The translations under genes and the position numbers were made by a program. Source: Octopus bimaculoides (Eukaryota). From it: DNA of 62,235 nt. Each line of letters opens with the position of its first letter. Positions within the stretch are counted from its first letter, which is position 1. Below, piece by piece: positions 62,201 to 62,235 of this stretch. A model generated the notes under the pieces. That model ran no database searches. It was not told the DNA's origin and worked only from the letters and a program-made list of their open reading frames with translations. The stretch spans positions 58,911,701 through 58,973,935 of the forward strand of contig NC_068993.1 in the NCBI RefSeq assembly GCF_001194135.2, given 5' to 3'.

Positions 62201-62235
<35 letters not shown>

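Noticed and set aside
1-62235. Most ORF-track entries ([12 protein letters not shown], poly-I/L/Y, X-filled)
   Set aside because: They are translations of (TA)n, (CA)n, (TTA)n and (CAT)n microsatellites or N gaps, or antisense shadows of real exons.

Overview
Eukaryotic, AT- and microsatellite-rich draft-assembly DNA with about 14 N gaps. The repeat content suggests an octopus genome; this is inference. The window holds most of one + strand gene for a giant Fat-type protocadherin of the FAT1-3 / fat-like (kugelei) class. I traced 29 GT-AG exons by hand with consistent phases from 1610 to 48985, about 3,200 codons. They encode roughly 22 cadherin repeats, a Cys-rich/EGF region, one laminin-G domain, four EGF repeats, a transmembrane helix and most of the cytoplasmic tail. 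The 5' part and the terminal exon are outside the window or in gaps. The introns contain several tRNA-derived SINE families, MITEs, a dead DD37D Tc1/mariner and minisatellites. Two layers are invisible in the ORF track. (1) In-frame microexons: a well-supported 21-nt exon that inserts DMEVLGPC into a cadherin repeat, weaker 15- and 30-nt candidates, and a tandem acceptor whose distal AG would create a stop. (2) A set of minimal type-I hammerhead ribozyme motifs in intronic Penelope-like and SINE-like remnants. One is apparently intact on the sense strand inside an 860-bp inverted repeat, one sits inside a tRNA-headed SINE, and a half motif forms the loop of a 340-bp hairpin. No CRISPR or prokaryotic system is present. 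All coordinates were counted by hand; repeat boundaries are approximate.
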